The position numbers and the translations under genes were made by a program. Below, one piece after another: positions 29,083-45,592 of a DNA stretch of 64,000 bases. The DNA is from the human T2T-CHM13v2.0 reference genome, Homo sapiens: the NCBI RefSeq assembly GCF_009914755.1, contig NC_060925.1; one strand, given 5' to 3'. Positions within the stretch are counted from its first letter, which is position 1; each line of letters starts with the position of its first letter. The notes beneath the pieces were generated by a model. That model searched no databases and was not told the origin of the DNA. It saw only the letters and a list, made by a program, of their open reading frames with translations.

Positions 29083-29994
29083 TCCAAGGCTTTTCATGAG
29101 GAAGAAGGTCTTCTGCTCCAGGGTCCTAGGCATGGTAGCACCAATGGAAGAACAGGTACAGTGAAGGTTTGACAAAGTACTCCCATGGGGAGGTGGGCTG
29201 AGAGCACAGCCTCTGGCCTCGGCTTCCAGGCCAACCCTCAGAACCTCTCTGTGGGTTATCCATGCCCATCTCTACAGACAGTGAGTTCATGATTCTGCCT
29301 GGACTAGACTCACCATAGAGGGCAAAGGATGGAAGGAAGAGGGCACCATGCCTACCAAGGGTGCCCATCATTTTTCAGTTTCAAGATAATTACCTAATGA
29401 TAGCTTCTTCCTTGGCTTTTTTCTTTTTCCTGGCAGATCTGGCACAGAAGTGCTACAATGCTAAACCAGGAATTTATTTATGTATGCTACATCTGGCCTG
29501 GGCCAACCAATGAAAAACCACACAGGGCACAGTAAGTGTCTTGTGAGTTTCTTAACTGATAGGACTGAGATCAGAGCTTGGAACATCAATGTAATCATAC
29601 TGGTCTGGATCCCAGCAGAATATCTCAAGAAGAGGAAATGCTCAGAAATTGCTTTACCAATGCAAGCCTGCCATGAGGCTCGCAAAAGCAAATTTGGGAG
29701 GTGATAGTTACGCCTGCCCAAGGCCAGCTGAGGGTGTCGAGGAGGCTCAGATAGAACCTTTTTCACAGTGTACTGAATAAGCAAAGTCTCAACGAGATCC
29801 TACTCAGTCATCTCAAGATACCACAGGTGGCAGGAGCACCAATGGCATCATCACGCTGTGGGACTGAGACATCAAGAAAGGGAAGGTATCCTGATTTCTG
29901 GTGTGTCCATTCTTCTCCTCCACAAACCTCACATCCCTCAGCACCCCCTAAATGTCTGGAACTTCCCAGAATCTATGGAAACCAGGGTGCTAGT

Positions 29995-30500
29995 TATTCT
30001 TGTATACAATACATATTTTTGGAGCACACTATATTTGCCACATTCAGCAAATTGTGTTACATGGTCCCTATTCTCAAAGAGGTTTCAATCTAATGGGAAA
30101 CTTAAGACATGATCATGAAGAAGTACTCTAAGCAGTAATAGCAGTGCTGAATGCAGAGCGGAGCTTGGCAGGGCATAAATGGATGGGAAGGAACCAAATG
30201 GGAGAAAATGTTGGAGAGGCATTCCAGATGAAGAGAACAATGTGTACAAAGGAACAGAAGGATAACACATGTTTGCAGAACCACAGGAGGTCTTGTTAAG
30301 CTGCAGGGGGGATGAGGTGGAGAAGAATAGCCCAGGACAGCAGCAAAAAATGCAGATTGGTGACAACTGTGAACGTGGTGAATGCCCATTTAAGTAGTTC
30401 AGAACTAATGGAAAGTCACCTATGGTTTTATAAAGCAGAGGAATGAACTAGGCCACAATTTAGAATGATTACAAAGACCCCGAAAGAAAATGGCAGGAAA
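29995..30500 (-). mobile_element. L2 relic
   Basis: atggtccctattctcaaagaggtttcaatctaatgggaa...ggcattccagatgaagagaacaatgtgtacaaagg. Confidence 0.6.
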
Positions 30501-33377
30501 CCAGACTCAATAAGATCTTACTATAACTCTAATCCTACAGTCTATGATGACTAAAACAGTGAGTTGAGGTGGAGGAGGCCTAGGTATGGTACGAGTAACC
30601 TTGAATGAGTTGCCTTGATTTGAGTTTTCTCGTCTGAACAAGGAGGATCTGTGTCGATGAACTTGAAAATTTTGTTGTAACTTTGACATTCTATGATTCT
30701 AAGTCCACAAGGGTGTGACTCATATAACCACCTATAAAGAAAAGTTTAATATCTCAAACCATGTCAAACCTTCTCCAAGTCTAACCCAAACTCCACTTCT
30801 CCTTTCCCTCTGCACATAGGGTGGACAGGCTTGGGAGGATTTGATCAGAGCCTTCCAGAGCCAGGCCATGTTCCCACTGGACCTCAGGCTGGTGAGAAGG
30901 GCTCTCATTCATGCTGGTACAGATGCATGGTTTCTAAGAAAGATAATTTAGAGCTTCTGCATGCAATACAGAATTGGAATAATGAGATCTTGGGCAGGGA
31001 AAGTCACAGCAGAGAATAATCAGGGATAGGGAAAGGCAGTGGGAAGAAGAGTGAGATGAAATCACTTTTAGATTAGCCTTAGTCATTGTTCTAATGTTAG
31101 CTTGTGGATTGTGAGCTTGTAGCACTTTTTGTGGGGTTAGATTAGGACACTGGAAACTTTGCTTCAAAAATTCCTCTTCCAGGGATTACAACTTCCCTAT
31201 ACCATCCAAGTGCCCTGTTCCCTCTTTGGGCATTCCTTCATGCTGGCAGTCCCTGAACTGAGCTGCTAAGAAAACACATCATGTCAGGATCAGGATTTCT
31301 CCCAAAATACAACCTCATTGAGGACCAGCTCCATGATGCCCTCTTTCAAAGAATTTGACAGTTTGAATTCAAATATGCATTTTAACCTGGAAAATTGTCA
31401 AAGAACTTTAATTCACTGGATGGCTTAGAGTGGCTTAGAGCAGTCTTGGTATTCTGGGACCCTTTCTCACTCCTAGCAAGGCTGAGTGCAAGCTGAATCC
31501 AGCTGAGTACTAATGAGGCTGCTGTGATTGCTGAAGTCAAGGCAGGAGGAAGCATTAAGTAGTCAATTTTTAGCCTCATGTTGAGGGCACCTGATGAACT
31601 AACCCTGCAGTCTTTCAAGGTTGAGGTTGACACTCCCTGATGGCTATGACTGACTGTTAAAAGACTTTGCTTAAATTAGGAGTTTCAAAGTTGCTGTTAG
31701 TCTAAGAACGCTTATCCAAACCAAATCTAGTATGGTTTCTGAGGGGGGGTTCACAGAGCAGAGTTAGGAAAGAACTGGATCAGTTGGAGGACAAATAAGA
31801 TGCACTCCTATGAGGGGATAGGATAGGAGGACAAATAAGATGCACTCCTATGAGAGCCTTATAACCTCTATGAAAGAAATACAATGGAAAGGAAAAGAGG
31901 CATCTCTAAAAATAGAATCTAGCTACACCTCCACCCTCTGCTATCTCAGCAGCCATTATGAGCTTCCCTATGTGATAAAGATTGAGCTCCGGACTTTAGT
32001 AGTGATAAACCTACTGTCAAACACTAAGAATAACAAATGGGTCTTGTCTATCAGATACTTACTATCATTAAGGTAACCAAAGATAGGCCTATGATAGAAA
32101 TACCCCCCTCTTCTGTTCTTTTTTTCCTTCTAATTTCAGAGTTTGAAAGATATTGATGGTAGGTCTAGTTTCCCACATGGTTTCAGAATGGTCTTCTCAC
32201 TGAAACTATTAACAGCGGTATTAACTTTCAACACCTTTGTAAGAAAATAACCTGCTTAAGTCAGGGGTTAATAACAGTAGGGGATCACTAATTATCCTGC
32301 AAATCTTCACCTTAGTATCAAGCGTGACCCAAGTCTTAATGTCTGTGGAAAGGGATCCTCTAAAGACCCCAACTTGTTTCATAAACATAATGACAGGAGC
32401 ACATTAATGTCCTGGCCATCTGTGAAGGAAGATGAGGGACAGATGAAAAACAGACAAAGGAGAAAGATGCAGAGAGGAGGAACAAAGTCAGGAAAAGTGA
32501 GGAAATGAGACTAACCCGGGAAACAATGGCCCTTGGACTGAGCTGGCTGAGCCTCCATGCCTCTCGCCATAGGGACCATCTGGTACGGAGTTCTTAAGTG
32601 CTAAAATCCCGCATCCCAGATGAGAGCCACAGAAAACAGGACACCCTGCTCGGCCTGAAGTCAGCCAGCACAGATGTCAGAAACATTGATGGTTTGCCTG
32701 AAGTTTGTGCCTATATTGGCCTGGCTAAGTGAACAGCAATATGGAAAACAGCATAGCCAGGAAACTCTTTTGCGAAGATGTTCAGAGAACAATTGGGAAA
32801 GGAGTTCTCATTGTGATTCCTGTAGTTAACTCATTGCCGTAGAGCTGCTTCCTCTCATCTCATTCTCATTCCTCTTTCTCCAAACAGGCTTGAGCAATGG
32901 CCACAGAACTATGTGGAACAAAAGCTTTAGAGCAAAATAGCTTAAAATTTCAAAAAGCTCTCATCCAACAGAAGCACAGGAGGTTCATTTTTCAAGGAAC
33001 CAAAATCTTCTTGACTTGCTGGGATTTGGAATAGAAATATCCACTTGTGACTAGGAGAAGGATAATTGAATTTCTATTTCCCTGCTTGGTGACATTACCC
33101 TTAAAGGCAAAAACAACAGAGCCTCATAGCATGAGTGATTCAGTGATGAGAAACAATGGCAGGTTAGAGAAAGCACTGGACAGGAAGCCTGGAGAATGGG
33201 AGTGTTGTAAGCTCCCTGGAGCTCACTTTCTCATCTTCAAACCATGGGACTAGATTTCTCTAGGAATTGTCCAGCTCTAACCATGTTATTCAATGACACA
33301 AAACCAAACATGACACTTGGCTCTAGTTAGGCCCCAAGTCAGATGCACGCTGTTTTTTCTGTATGGCACCTGGATAA

Positions 33378-33722
<345 letters not shown>

Positions 33723-35209
33723 AATGTTTCAGCTCAATCCAGCCTATCAATTTATAAGGTAAGGAGTGGCTGTATTGAAACTCATGAGAGTGACCTATTG
33801 AAACTCCAATCAACAGTCCCCAGTAAGAAAAAGATCACCCACATATAGATGCTTCCAAATAATTTTCAATGAATTATTAACCTTTGATCAGTTTTGTTTC
33901 TGTGGATAAGAGTAGCCTGATCTCTCTCTCAGTGGCTCCCCGCTTTGTAGAACTAGACTCTAAAAATCTGCAATGTTAACTTCTTTTGAAGCTGCCCATC
34001 CACCCGCTTCTCCTTTGCCGAAAGGCTAGGATGGACTAAAACGAACCAACTGAAGAAGCAGGAGTGATGAGAGAAAGGAAATAAGCACCCTGGAGAGTCC
34101 ATAGTTTGTTGTCTCTGGGGGCAGTTGGGGGTGGGAGCTGTGGGAAGCAGAGGGTGGCTTTTTAAATCAGTCTTGATGGAAAGCAGTGAAGCTTTCTATG
34201 GATGCTGCTGGAAGTAGGTCACTCTACGCTACTCTGTACTGGCATGAATAGCAATCGAGCAACTACATGAACATTCTATTTACCTAGCCATGGAGATGAA
34301 AACATTCCTGTGGGGGAAAAATGCAGCCAAAAGGTTCTGACACAACCAGACAGATGAGGAGGCATTCGAATGACTTGTGATTTCATCCAAACTGATTTGC
34401 TTGTTCCTACCACAGTGTTTCTCTGGATCTTTTCAAACCTCTGCAAAGAGTTTATCCACATGATACTCATTAAAGTCTCATTTGAAAGGATAAAGAAAAA
34501 AAAAAAAGCCCAAAGCTTTTTGAAAAAGGCAGGGTTATCTGAGCTGCAAATACACTGGTAAAAGGATTTTTTACTTATATCTATTTCTATTCTCCACTGC
34601 CACCCGACTGACTTTTGTAAATTGAGATAACAGCAGGCATTTAATGGAATCTGACATCAAGTAAGGTATGTAATAATATTTAAACTCCATAATGTTAAAA
34701 TATGTATTTACAGATCATTTCATACATTGTAATGAGAATAAGTCATTTTGAAGCCTGAAGTTTCACGACTGGAATTCTGATTTGAGCTTTGCAAGTCCTT
34801 GAGGGCCACTCTCCTGCAGTGATGTGTTGGGAGCAACATGGATGCCGGAATTTTGGAAAAAGTCAAAACACTGGTCACAGGGTGATTGTAAGAAAACTGT
34901 ATACTAGACCCAGTGAGAGATCTGTTCATTCCAAATCCTCTGTCTTATACTCCTGGTCTTTCATTAACAAAGAGATTAGTATTTGCTATAATTTTCTGAT
35001 CCTAAACGATTTCAGTAAGGTCCTCTCTATGGCTCTTGCCTTATAAAATGAATGGAAAAAAGAATTGAAAATGACTAAATATCACCTGTAAATGAGTTAC
35101 AAAAGAATAGCCTGTTGCCTGTCCTAAACTGTTTTCATTCATCTCCATTTCTAATTAGTTCTCATCCACTTGTATTTCTGTTCTTATCATCTAAGATTCA
35201 ACTCAACAA

Positions 35210-35470
35210 GTAATAATGTATCTATTATGCACTGGCTCTGCTAAGAAGCCCTTTCAGTATTCATGAACTAACTTAATACACAATGACCCTTTCGTGTGAG
35301 TATGTATATCTGTATTTTAGAGATGAGGAACTTGAGTTCCAGAATAGTCAACCTACTTGACCAAGTTCACCCCGTGAGTAAATATTAGAATGGTAGGGGT
35401 GGGAGTGGCAATTGAGTGGGGAATCTTAGGTCTCCTGGTTTTAAGGCCACTGTTGTTTTTCACTATCTCA
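35210..35470 (-). mobile_element. MIR relic
   Basis: attttagagatgaggaacttgag...acttgaccaagttcac. Confidence 0.6.
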
Positions 35471-38400
35471 ACGTTCATTCCCTCACTTTGCAAATCTCAG
35501 TCTTGGGATAATACAAACAAAGTGCTTAGCAGTACCTGGAGTTTAACACTAATATCATCATCAATATCATTAATACTGTTTGTTGTCATTATTACTATCA
35601 CTCACATAAATCCTAAAATTGAGCAACAATCTTTGACAGAATTAAGCAAATTATACCTTTAAATAGCTTCAGCTGCTTAAACGTCTTCATAAGTCCAGGA
35701 ACTATAAGTCCAGGAATCAGCTCAGTTCCAGTTGAGAAGCCCAGGGCAAGTCGTATTTGTACATTTCTGTAAGTACTCATTAGCAAATTGAACAATCTTT
35801 AGATGTCTCTGATAAAACTCCACGTACACTATTTATGCTTTAAGACTTGGCTATGGGGGCTTTCACAGAGGGATGCCATGCTATCTAGGCCCATTCTAGG
35901 CTGGCATGCAAGGCCAGCCCCAGGGAGCTTGTTGTCAGGCACTTAGCAAGGCACTCATGAATTCAAATGGGCAGTTCCTTCCAGGACATCAGGGTGGTGA
36001 TTGTGGTCAGGGAAGAGGGAAGGAGCAAATGGATGCAATATTAAAATAACAGTTATGCTTTTATCAGTAGTAAACTGAGTCCTTCTCTGTAGACTAGTCT
36101 GTGTGAGCACCTGTCATCATAAATGCCAAGAAGTACTGCACTCAAGTACAACCTTCCATTCTCATCCTCATTCTAGGGAACAGGCTTTCCACCCCATTCC
36201 TACAGAGGCCTAAGCTTACCTTGCTGACCCTGAGCACTGCCTTCTTGCACATACAAACAGCCAGGGAGCCCAAGCTGGAGGGCCAGTCATTTCTCTTGGC
36301 TCTTCTTTATAAGCCATTTTCTCCTACAGAAAAGTGGGCATAAGTGACCTGTAAAGCTTCTTCTCACTCTAAACCTTTCTGGTATTTTTTGTCTCTCTGT
36401 GATTTGCAATTGCCATAATGGGGGCTGGACCTCAAGTTCCTTCAGAGTAAGGCTGAGACATGATAGTAATCTTAGGTATCTCTGTGGCATCATTCAGCCT
36501 GAGAAAGTGGAGTGTAGAGGGAATTCCACAAAGACTCAAGCACGTGAAGAATACCTTATTATCATCCCTGTGTTACAACTTGCAAAGGCCTTTCTTCTAA
36601 GGTCCTCTCTTCATTCATCATTTCTGTGTGGTAGGCTTTACAGAATTAGAAACCAGAAGGCCAATGAGGGTAAGTGACAATTTCAAGGGTTAGAGCTAAT
36701 AAGATGGAGATAACAGCCTTCTGACTCCTGGCACAGTGCTCTTGCTACAGACTGTGCTGTCTACCAAACCGATGTTTATTTACACTGAGAAATCATGAGC
36801 CACTATGCTTGTATTTCAGCTTAATGAATTAGGTATACAGAAGATATACATCAATAGTAAACACTGTCAGGAGTTTGAAGAGTTTGGGCTTATAGATCCA
36901 AGACTGAAATTGAGTTATTAACCTATTCACACTAGTGTACAAATCATATGGCAATCTGATGTGATTTCATTGTGACAGACTCTCCTGAAGAATCACATCT
37001 GCATAGTATTTGGTTTGTTACTGGTCTAAAGACTCTCCACACTGCCTTGGGCCCATTTCTGTAGGCTAATTTGTGTAAGGTACTCATCACTGAAGGGGTT
37101 AAGATGACCTCTAAATGACCTGACAGGCATAGCTCCATGGAAACGTTGATTTAGCCATCTAATCCCTGCTGGGAGAATGATTTAAAAGAAATACAAGGTC
37201 ACTTGATTGCTAAGGTATCTTGTTGCTCAGCTGAGAATAACATACATTGACAGAACAGTTTCTTTATTATTGCCCCTTCTGTATTTTCTATCTTAATTCT
37301 AAAGCCCTCCCTCCTCTACAAGCCCTCCAAACAAAATACACTTTAAGGGGCTGGTAATAAGAAACAGGAGCCATGCATTCTACATGAATAACGTCTTTCA
37401 GAAAATAGATGAAGTCTATGCACCATGTGGCACCCATCAGTGGTGCCACTCCTCACACCTACGTGTGCTGGTCACTGTAGTGCTGCTTGTGTTTGAATGT
37501 CTGTGTTCATATTCTCATACTTCACGGTAGCACTGGCCCATTAGTTTGAGATTTTAACTAAAACAATGTTAGTTGCGTTTTGCAAAATGAAAAAAAAAAG
37601 TGCTGGGTTTTCTTCCTCTGATGTGTAAGAGCACGTCCCAAAGGAATATGGCTGTAGTTTCACATATAAGCTAGATTGTAAACAAAAGTGACAGTAACTG
37701 GAATGAATGGATGATTCACCTTAAATCAGGACACAAAGACAGAAATTAGGGAGAGGTATACAGCATTGGTAGCTTCTCCATCTACTCCTCATTCTGGAGC
37801 CAAAAAGGCACAGAGCTGGAAGGTAATTCTGTGCCAGGGGACATTCATCCTCCCAGACATCAACCTTAAAGCTGAGGTCAGTCTTAGCTACTTGGCAACT
37901 GACTCTGTCTCTTTCATTCATAAACTGTTTAGTATTTTTTTGTTTTGTTTACTATATCTGTATTTTGCGATTGTACTATACTTTGGGAAGCAAGTTTCAT
38001 ATAAATCATACCTTCAGGGTTAAGCAGTACTTCCTTTCATTTGCCCTAAACTCATCTTCCTTGGGTTTGAAAAACTTTGAGTCCTAGCAGTTGAATATTT
38101 GGTGAACAAGGTCACATATACTTTAATGTGATAAGCCTGGATCACATTCCTCTCTTAGTCTGCCTTGTATCAGGAGACTCATTCATATTTCTTTCATCCT
38201 TATTTGGCTATTGCATCTAGTATGTGCCAGGCTTTTTATTCTACCTTCATAGAACCACACCTACTTCCTACTGATTATTACACTTACTTTTCTGTGCATG
38301 TTCGCTGGGTTCATTAAATACATTCCCTAGAGCAGAGTAATGTGGCACTGCAGAAACAGGGAGGGTTCTAATATCAGGAAACCGAAATCTGAGGCAAGGC

Positions 38401-38799
38401 TCTTGCACATACTACCTCTGAAAACTTTATGCCTCAGTTTCCCTATCTTTCAAAAAATGGAGATAACACAAACATCTATCAAAGGGCTGTTAAAGTGAAA
38501 GTGCACATGGAAATGCTTAGAAATATGAGTTACCATTATTAGTAATATTAATATTATCATTAAAGATTAGTGACAAGAATAACCTTTTTTAATTCCTGGT
38601 TAAAAAAAAAAGTCAATACAGCTCTACATAAGGGTAGAATACTATTGTGTTCCTCACATCCTTCATAAAGCCACTTGTTCCCCTTTTTTAGCCATGACTT
38701 CATGTAGGGTCAGTGTTTTCAGAGAATGATTTTAATGAACTCTAAGTTATTTCCTGAATCATTAATGATATGACAAAGATCCTTTTATTTCATAACTAT

Positions 38800-39100
38800 A
38801 GCTGGAGTCTTTACCTGTGAGGGCATTACCTTGAAGTTGGTCACAGGAAAATCATCTCTCCTTTCTGCCCTCTAACACTGATCTTCTTACAGTCTGTCTC
38901 CATTGACTTGACTTTTTAGTATAAGGTTCAGTATCATCTATATCATTTATAAAGATTGTTAATCATATTGCTTTCATAATAACTGAGTCTCCATGCCCAA
39001 CAAATATAGTAACTTACCATTTTTTCAAAAAATAGATCTTAAAGGGAGGATCTATCAAAAGCTTTTTAAAAATCTAAGTCGATCTCCTTGATCATTATGT
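38800..39100 (-). mobile_element. Ancient CR1/L3-type LINE RT relic (may extend from about 38.0 to 39.6 kb)
   Basis: Minus-strand translation gives LDF*KAFDR (about 39051-39077), then ...TIFINDIDDT (about 38930-38960). These are the RT motifs LDFSKAFD and IFINDL..DDT in the right order. Confidence 0.5.
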
Positions 39101-39692
39101 ATGGCACACCCCTACAGGACACTCATTCAGGCTTGGTTTCTCTGTACAGATTCCCACTGTTACCATGTCCCCCTTCACAACTGTAATCCCTTACACTCAT
39201 GCTAGGTTCCATTTACAAATCTCATCTGTTGTCATCAACTTTAATGGTCTGACTCATTGAGGGGACAGAGTCCTTGCAGACAAGAATCTTTTGCTGGATA
39301 AGGTTGAATTAGATACTTTGATATCACCTTTCCTAACTTCTCTGCAATTCTTCATGATGCACGTATGTGTTTTATGCAGCACCAGGAATTTAACTATTTT
39401 TATCTGGTTGCCTGATTTGTGGTATTCTCAGTATTCATTATTACTTATTTTAGTACTTCAATTTCAAGAGGTAACATGCTTGTTGAAATATCACAAATTC
39501 TTCAATAAAAACTGAAAATAATTATTTCATCATTATTTTTCTCACTTTTTGCCTCTGCAGTAATAAAATAATTTGGTAGTTTCTAACTGGCACCATTTTC
39601 TCATATCTTGTGGGATCTCTTATTGGTAACCCGGGTGGTTACAAATTAATTTCTATCTCACACCCATTGCTTTATATACAGTTAATTAATAA

Positions 39693-40011
<319 letters not shown>

Positions 40012-40119
40012 ATTTCTTGCTTTTTTAAAAGAAAAACTTGACTTTTAAAAGGTTTCATTCATCAAAAAAAAAAAAAAAATACTAAGTAGCTTTGCTTTCT
40101 TTGCTGGAGGTTTCCTTAG

Positions 40120-40572
<453 letters not shown>

Positions 40573-40634
40573 TGTGAACAAACCTTTTGATCTCATGTGA
40601 GAGATCCTCAAACTGCAATAGAAATCCCTCATAC

Positions 40635-41020
<386 letters not shown>

Positions 41021-41040
41021 CTACCCTGCCTTGTCTGTGA

Positions 41041-41461
<421 letters not shown>

Positions 41462-44400
41462 TAGAGTTTCTGAGACTGCGTTATAGATGATAAAGCTAAG
41501 ATGAAGGGACTTTGAGAAGTAGCTCACTCTGCCTCTTTAATTATCCTGTCTAGAAAGAAAGTCTGTCATCAGGGCCGGAGACTGGCTCTGCTGCAGATTG
41601 ATTGGAGTTAGAGACTTTTTCGCCCAATCTCAATTGCTTCAGTTTTCCTGGAATTGAGGCAGGCCATAAACCTATCAGTGACTCAAGAAAATGGAAGCAA
41701 TTAAGTCTGCAGGTGTGCGTATTTGTCATATTAATGATGGATCTGTGTTAATATAAGTCACAGAAGCCTTCTGCATGCCGCGTTCACTTCTGCTGGGGGT
41801 GAAACCACCTCGAGGAGGTGCTGCAACTCCATCATGCAGATATCAGGGACTTTCCCCCTCAATCTCAGCGTGACTCCCCTCCTTCCCAGTACTGGCTTGG
41901 GATGCTCTCCCACTGCTGCTCCAATTGCAGTCACATTTTTCAGGGATGCCTAATTTGACTCTGGTGACGAGCACGCTAGTTAGTTAAAGATACCTAGTCA
42001 GGTATAGAAGGAGTATAATTTGCCGGTATAATTTTGGAGTCAGACAAACCTGGCTTGACTATCAGCCTTTCTACTTCATACTAGCTTGTCTTGAACGGGT
42101 TATTTAAGCCCAATAAGGATTATAACATTTACTTTATAAAGTTGTTGTGAGGAAGAAATAAAGTAATAAATGTAAAGCTCTAAATTCAGTGTCTCCTGGT
42201 TATGGTCACTTTAACGATTTCTCCTTTTCTGACCTTGAAAACATTTTAGCTCTTAAAAAATTAATTTCCAGTCATTCCTCATAAGCTGCCAGACAACTTC
42301 AGGGTGAGGAACAGTATTAGCAAGGTTCATGAGAAGACAGTAGGCCAGTGCCTCGGATGTGTCAATCTTGGTGACTGTCAACTGCCCTCTCTGGGGTAAG
42401 CTGCCTCCTCCTTTAAAAGCCAGCCAGCCTTTCCTGAGGCCCTTCATTTCACATGCCCCCCTAGAGGTGGGCACCTCACCCAAGGGCAGCCGTCTGTGGG
42501 ATGGGCAGTGATCCACAACATGGTTTGACACAAAAAGGTGAGTCATCAGATTCTCACTCGTAGGAATGTGAAATTGGGAATATGGAACAAATCAGGCATA
42601 AATAAGTGGAAGCAGAGCTCAGAGAGATGCACAGGGAAAGCACAGATGGGGAGTCTGGGCCATAAGAGCCACTTCAAGCTGGAGAGACAAGGAAATAGGA
42701 AAAAGGTGAGTAAGCAAAAGCTCTGCTGTAGAGAAAAAACATGTGGCATAGAAAGAGAAACACCAGGTACGATGGTAGGGAAAGGAGAGGAAGATGTATG
42801 ATAGGAGATGGGCACATTACTGCAATGCAGCCCAGGAATCTCCCAAAGCCCTACCCCAGAGCCCCAGCTGTCCTGGATCCAGGTCCACCTGCCTTGAGGG
42901 TTGGCTGACACACAGCTCCTGTGCCTTCATCCCTGTGGGGTCACTGCCTCTCACTGACCTGTCCTCACAAACATTTCCCACCATTGAGCAACTTGGGCAA
43001 GTCACTGTGCCCTGTAAGCAACAGTGCTCACCCACTGAGATGTGAACACCCTTTGGGAGATCTGGAATGCTCAGAGAATTCTGAACTCGGGCACCTCACT
43101 AGATGGCCTAGATCATGGAATCCCACAGAGGGCTCTTCTGATCCTCTGTCACATATTATAGGGAAGTCTTTCCCTCAAAAAACAACAAGTAAATATATGC
43201 CACCCAACGGAAAGAAGTTATAAAAAATGCTTATTTAGACAATGAGAGAGTAAACTAGTTCCCAGATTTCTTCATTATTGTAAAGTCTAGGTACGGCCCT
43301 TTTTTCAGTCTGCAAAATGGGAATCATGATAGCACCAACAACGTCAAACCACAATATGGTGTATCTGTAAGGTCATAAAAACACACCAGCAGATAATGAT
43401 GCTGGAAAGGACATACATTCTTTTTTATTATCAAAGAAAAGATTTTCTTTTGCCCACTCACATAACTTAACAGTCAGCAATAATGAGGAAGGAAACAAAA
43501 AATGCACTGTACATGACAGCCAAAATCAGAATTTGATAAAATATCCTACTTCTAAAGGGATACTGTCATGTAAAAAAAAATCAATTTGAGTAGAAAAAAG
43601 TCTGGTTTGTTTATTAGTTTTGCTCCTAATGCCACCAAATGGACCTCAATCTGAAATGGCTTTTGAAATCAAATTTGCTGTTCTCCAATTCTGCAACTTA
43701 CTCTTTATGCTAATTTGTCTGCACCTGCAGGGACAAAGAAACTGGCAGCATTGAGCATGAGATCCAGGAAGAAAAAGCAACACAAAGATTCAGGAAATGA
43801 AACCAGGACTAAATCATATTAGGTGTATAAAGGCTGGACTTTTATAAAACAAGGAAAGAGTGGATCAAATGTCTGAGAGAGTGTTCTGACTGTAGAAAAT
43901 GCTAGAGCCTTGGTGAGGAAGCTGATGTCTTCCCAGGTCCCAGAAGAAAGAATGGCAGTGTGGGGTTTGTGGAATCAGAAAGGCCAAGTGCTGGGACCAA
44001 GCGGGGTCTCTTTCAGCCTGCACATCCCTTAATTATGAGAGTTATTACAAAATGTCTTAAAAGTTTCCTGCTCAAGAACTTAGACCCTATGAGTTGAGGT
44101 TAATTCTTCCTTCCAACTTAAAAAATATATTTATTTAAGGCTCTCGTTTGAAAGAAGAAGTACCACAATTTCAAGGAACAGACTGCCATCCTTTTCCCAT
44201 TGTTCTCTGTTATGTGGGCCCTCAACTCTCTCCTTTCTCCTGCTTCTTTCTGCCATGCCATTGGGTGTGGTCAAAGAGTATCTGGAGCCCAAATCTAGTA
44301 TCCCAAACAATATAAAACCTGAGAACACAAGTACTACAAAGACACTTGAAAATACTGTCCTCACTTTACAGATGCCCAATTCCTTCACAACATGAACTCC

Positions 44401-45371
44401 ACACCCCCACTGAAAAGATAACAAAAGCTCAGAGAGTTAAGTATTTTGCACAAGGTTATACAGAACGTTCGCTCATAAACAATCCAGAGAAAGAATCCCA
44501 CACCAGGTCTCGTTCTGTTATTGCCTCTCAAAATTCAGAAAAAAAATTAAAAATGTAATTCTTTGTATTTCTATGTTGATTCCACTTTGAGTATTTTCTC
44601 TATCACTCTGTCCAGTATATTTAATTTTAGACTTTTTACATTTCTATATTATAAAGCACTGTTAAAATTCAAGTTCTGTCAACAGCTGGTAGCTGTTGAG
44701 ATACAATGAATGCTGTGAATGTTATGTGTTTAATGCTTAAGCAACAATGTCAATTTTCACCTTGGATTTATTAAACTAGGGAAAAAAATCAATTGGGAAC
44801 GTAAGATGTTCAACAGCCACCCACCTACTGTCCTTCCTCTTCCCTTCCTAAGTGTCTCTTCATTCCTCCATTTTTTTTTTTCCTATATCACCAGGCCAAA
44901 AAAAAAAAAAAAAAAAAAACCGGTATCACACTCTCAACTAAGACTTTGTTTAAAACAAAATAAAATGAGCATCAGGCTTTTGTCCACTGTTTGATTTTCA
45001 TTAGAGCAGCTGCCTTATGTCCTTTAGACCAATACTAGTTTCTTGTAGAAGTAAGAGTACTGTTATGGTTAGTATTAAATAATTGCATAAAATGCATTTC
45101 TATAGCAAATGACACAAACTTATTTGTGAAGTAACTCTTTTCTGTTAACTGATAAGGAAAGTCTGTGTTTTCCGTATTTGTGAATATGAAGAATTGGAAA
45201 ATATGAGGTTAATTGACTTTCTCAAAATCACGCCATGAAACAGGATTAGAGTTAGAGTTCATAGCTCCTGCCTCTTCAGTCCAATTTGTTATTGGAGTCA
45301 CAGAGGAATTTCTTTTAGTGAAACTTCTTGAGATTTTATGTCCCTAATTCTGTTCTGTTTCCCTAGGGAGG

Positions 45372-45592
45372 AAGTGTAGTGAAGGGGAAAGAGAATGGGC
45401 TTTAGAATCAGACAGACGTGGTTAGACTCCCAACTCTGACATTTGCTAGTCAGATGATCCCAGGCAAGTTACATAACCTCGAAGCCTCTGGGTCTTCATT
45501 TGTTAGGGTAGATAACAGCACACACTTCAGAGGGGTGCATGAGGCTTAAATGAGACCACGTATGAAGCATGCTGAAGGCACTCAATACATGT
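45372..45592 (+). mobile_element. MIR relic
   Basis: gggctttagaatcagacagac...caggcaagttacataacctc...ggcactcaatacatg. Confidence 0.7.

Noticed and set aside
43096-43109. CTCF-like tcactagatggcct
   Set aside because: The core matches but both flanks deviate, so it cannot be supported without ChIP data.
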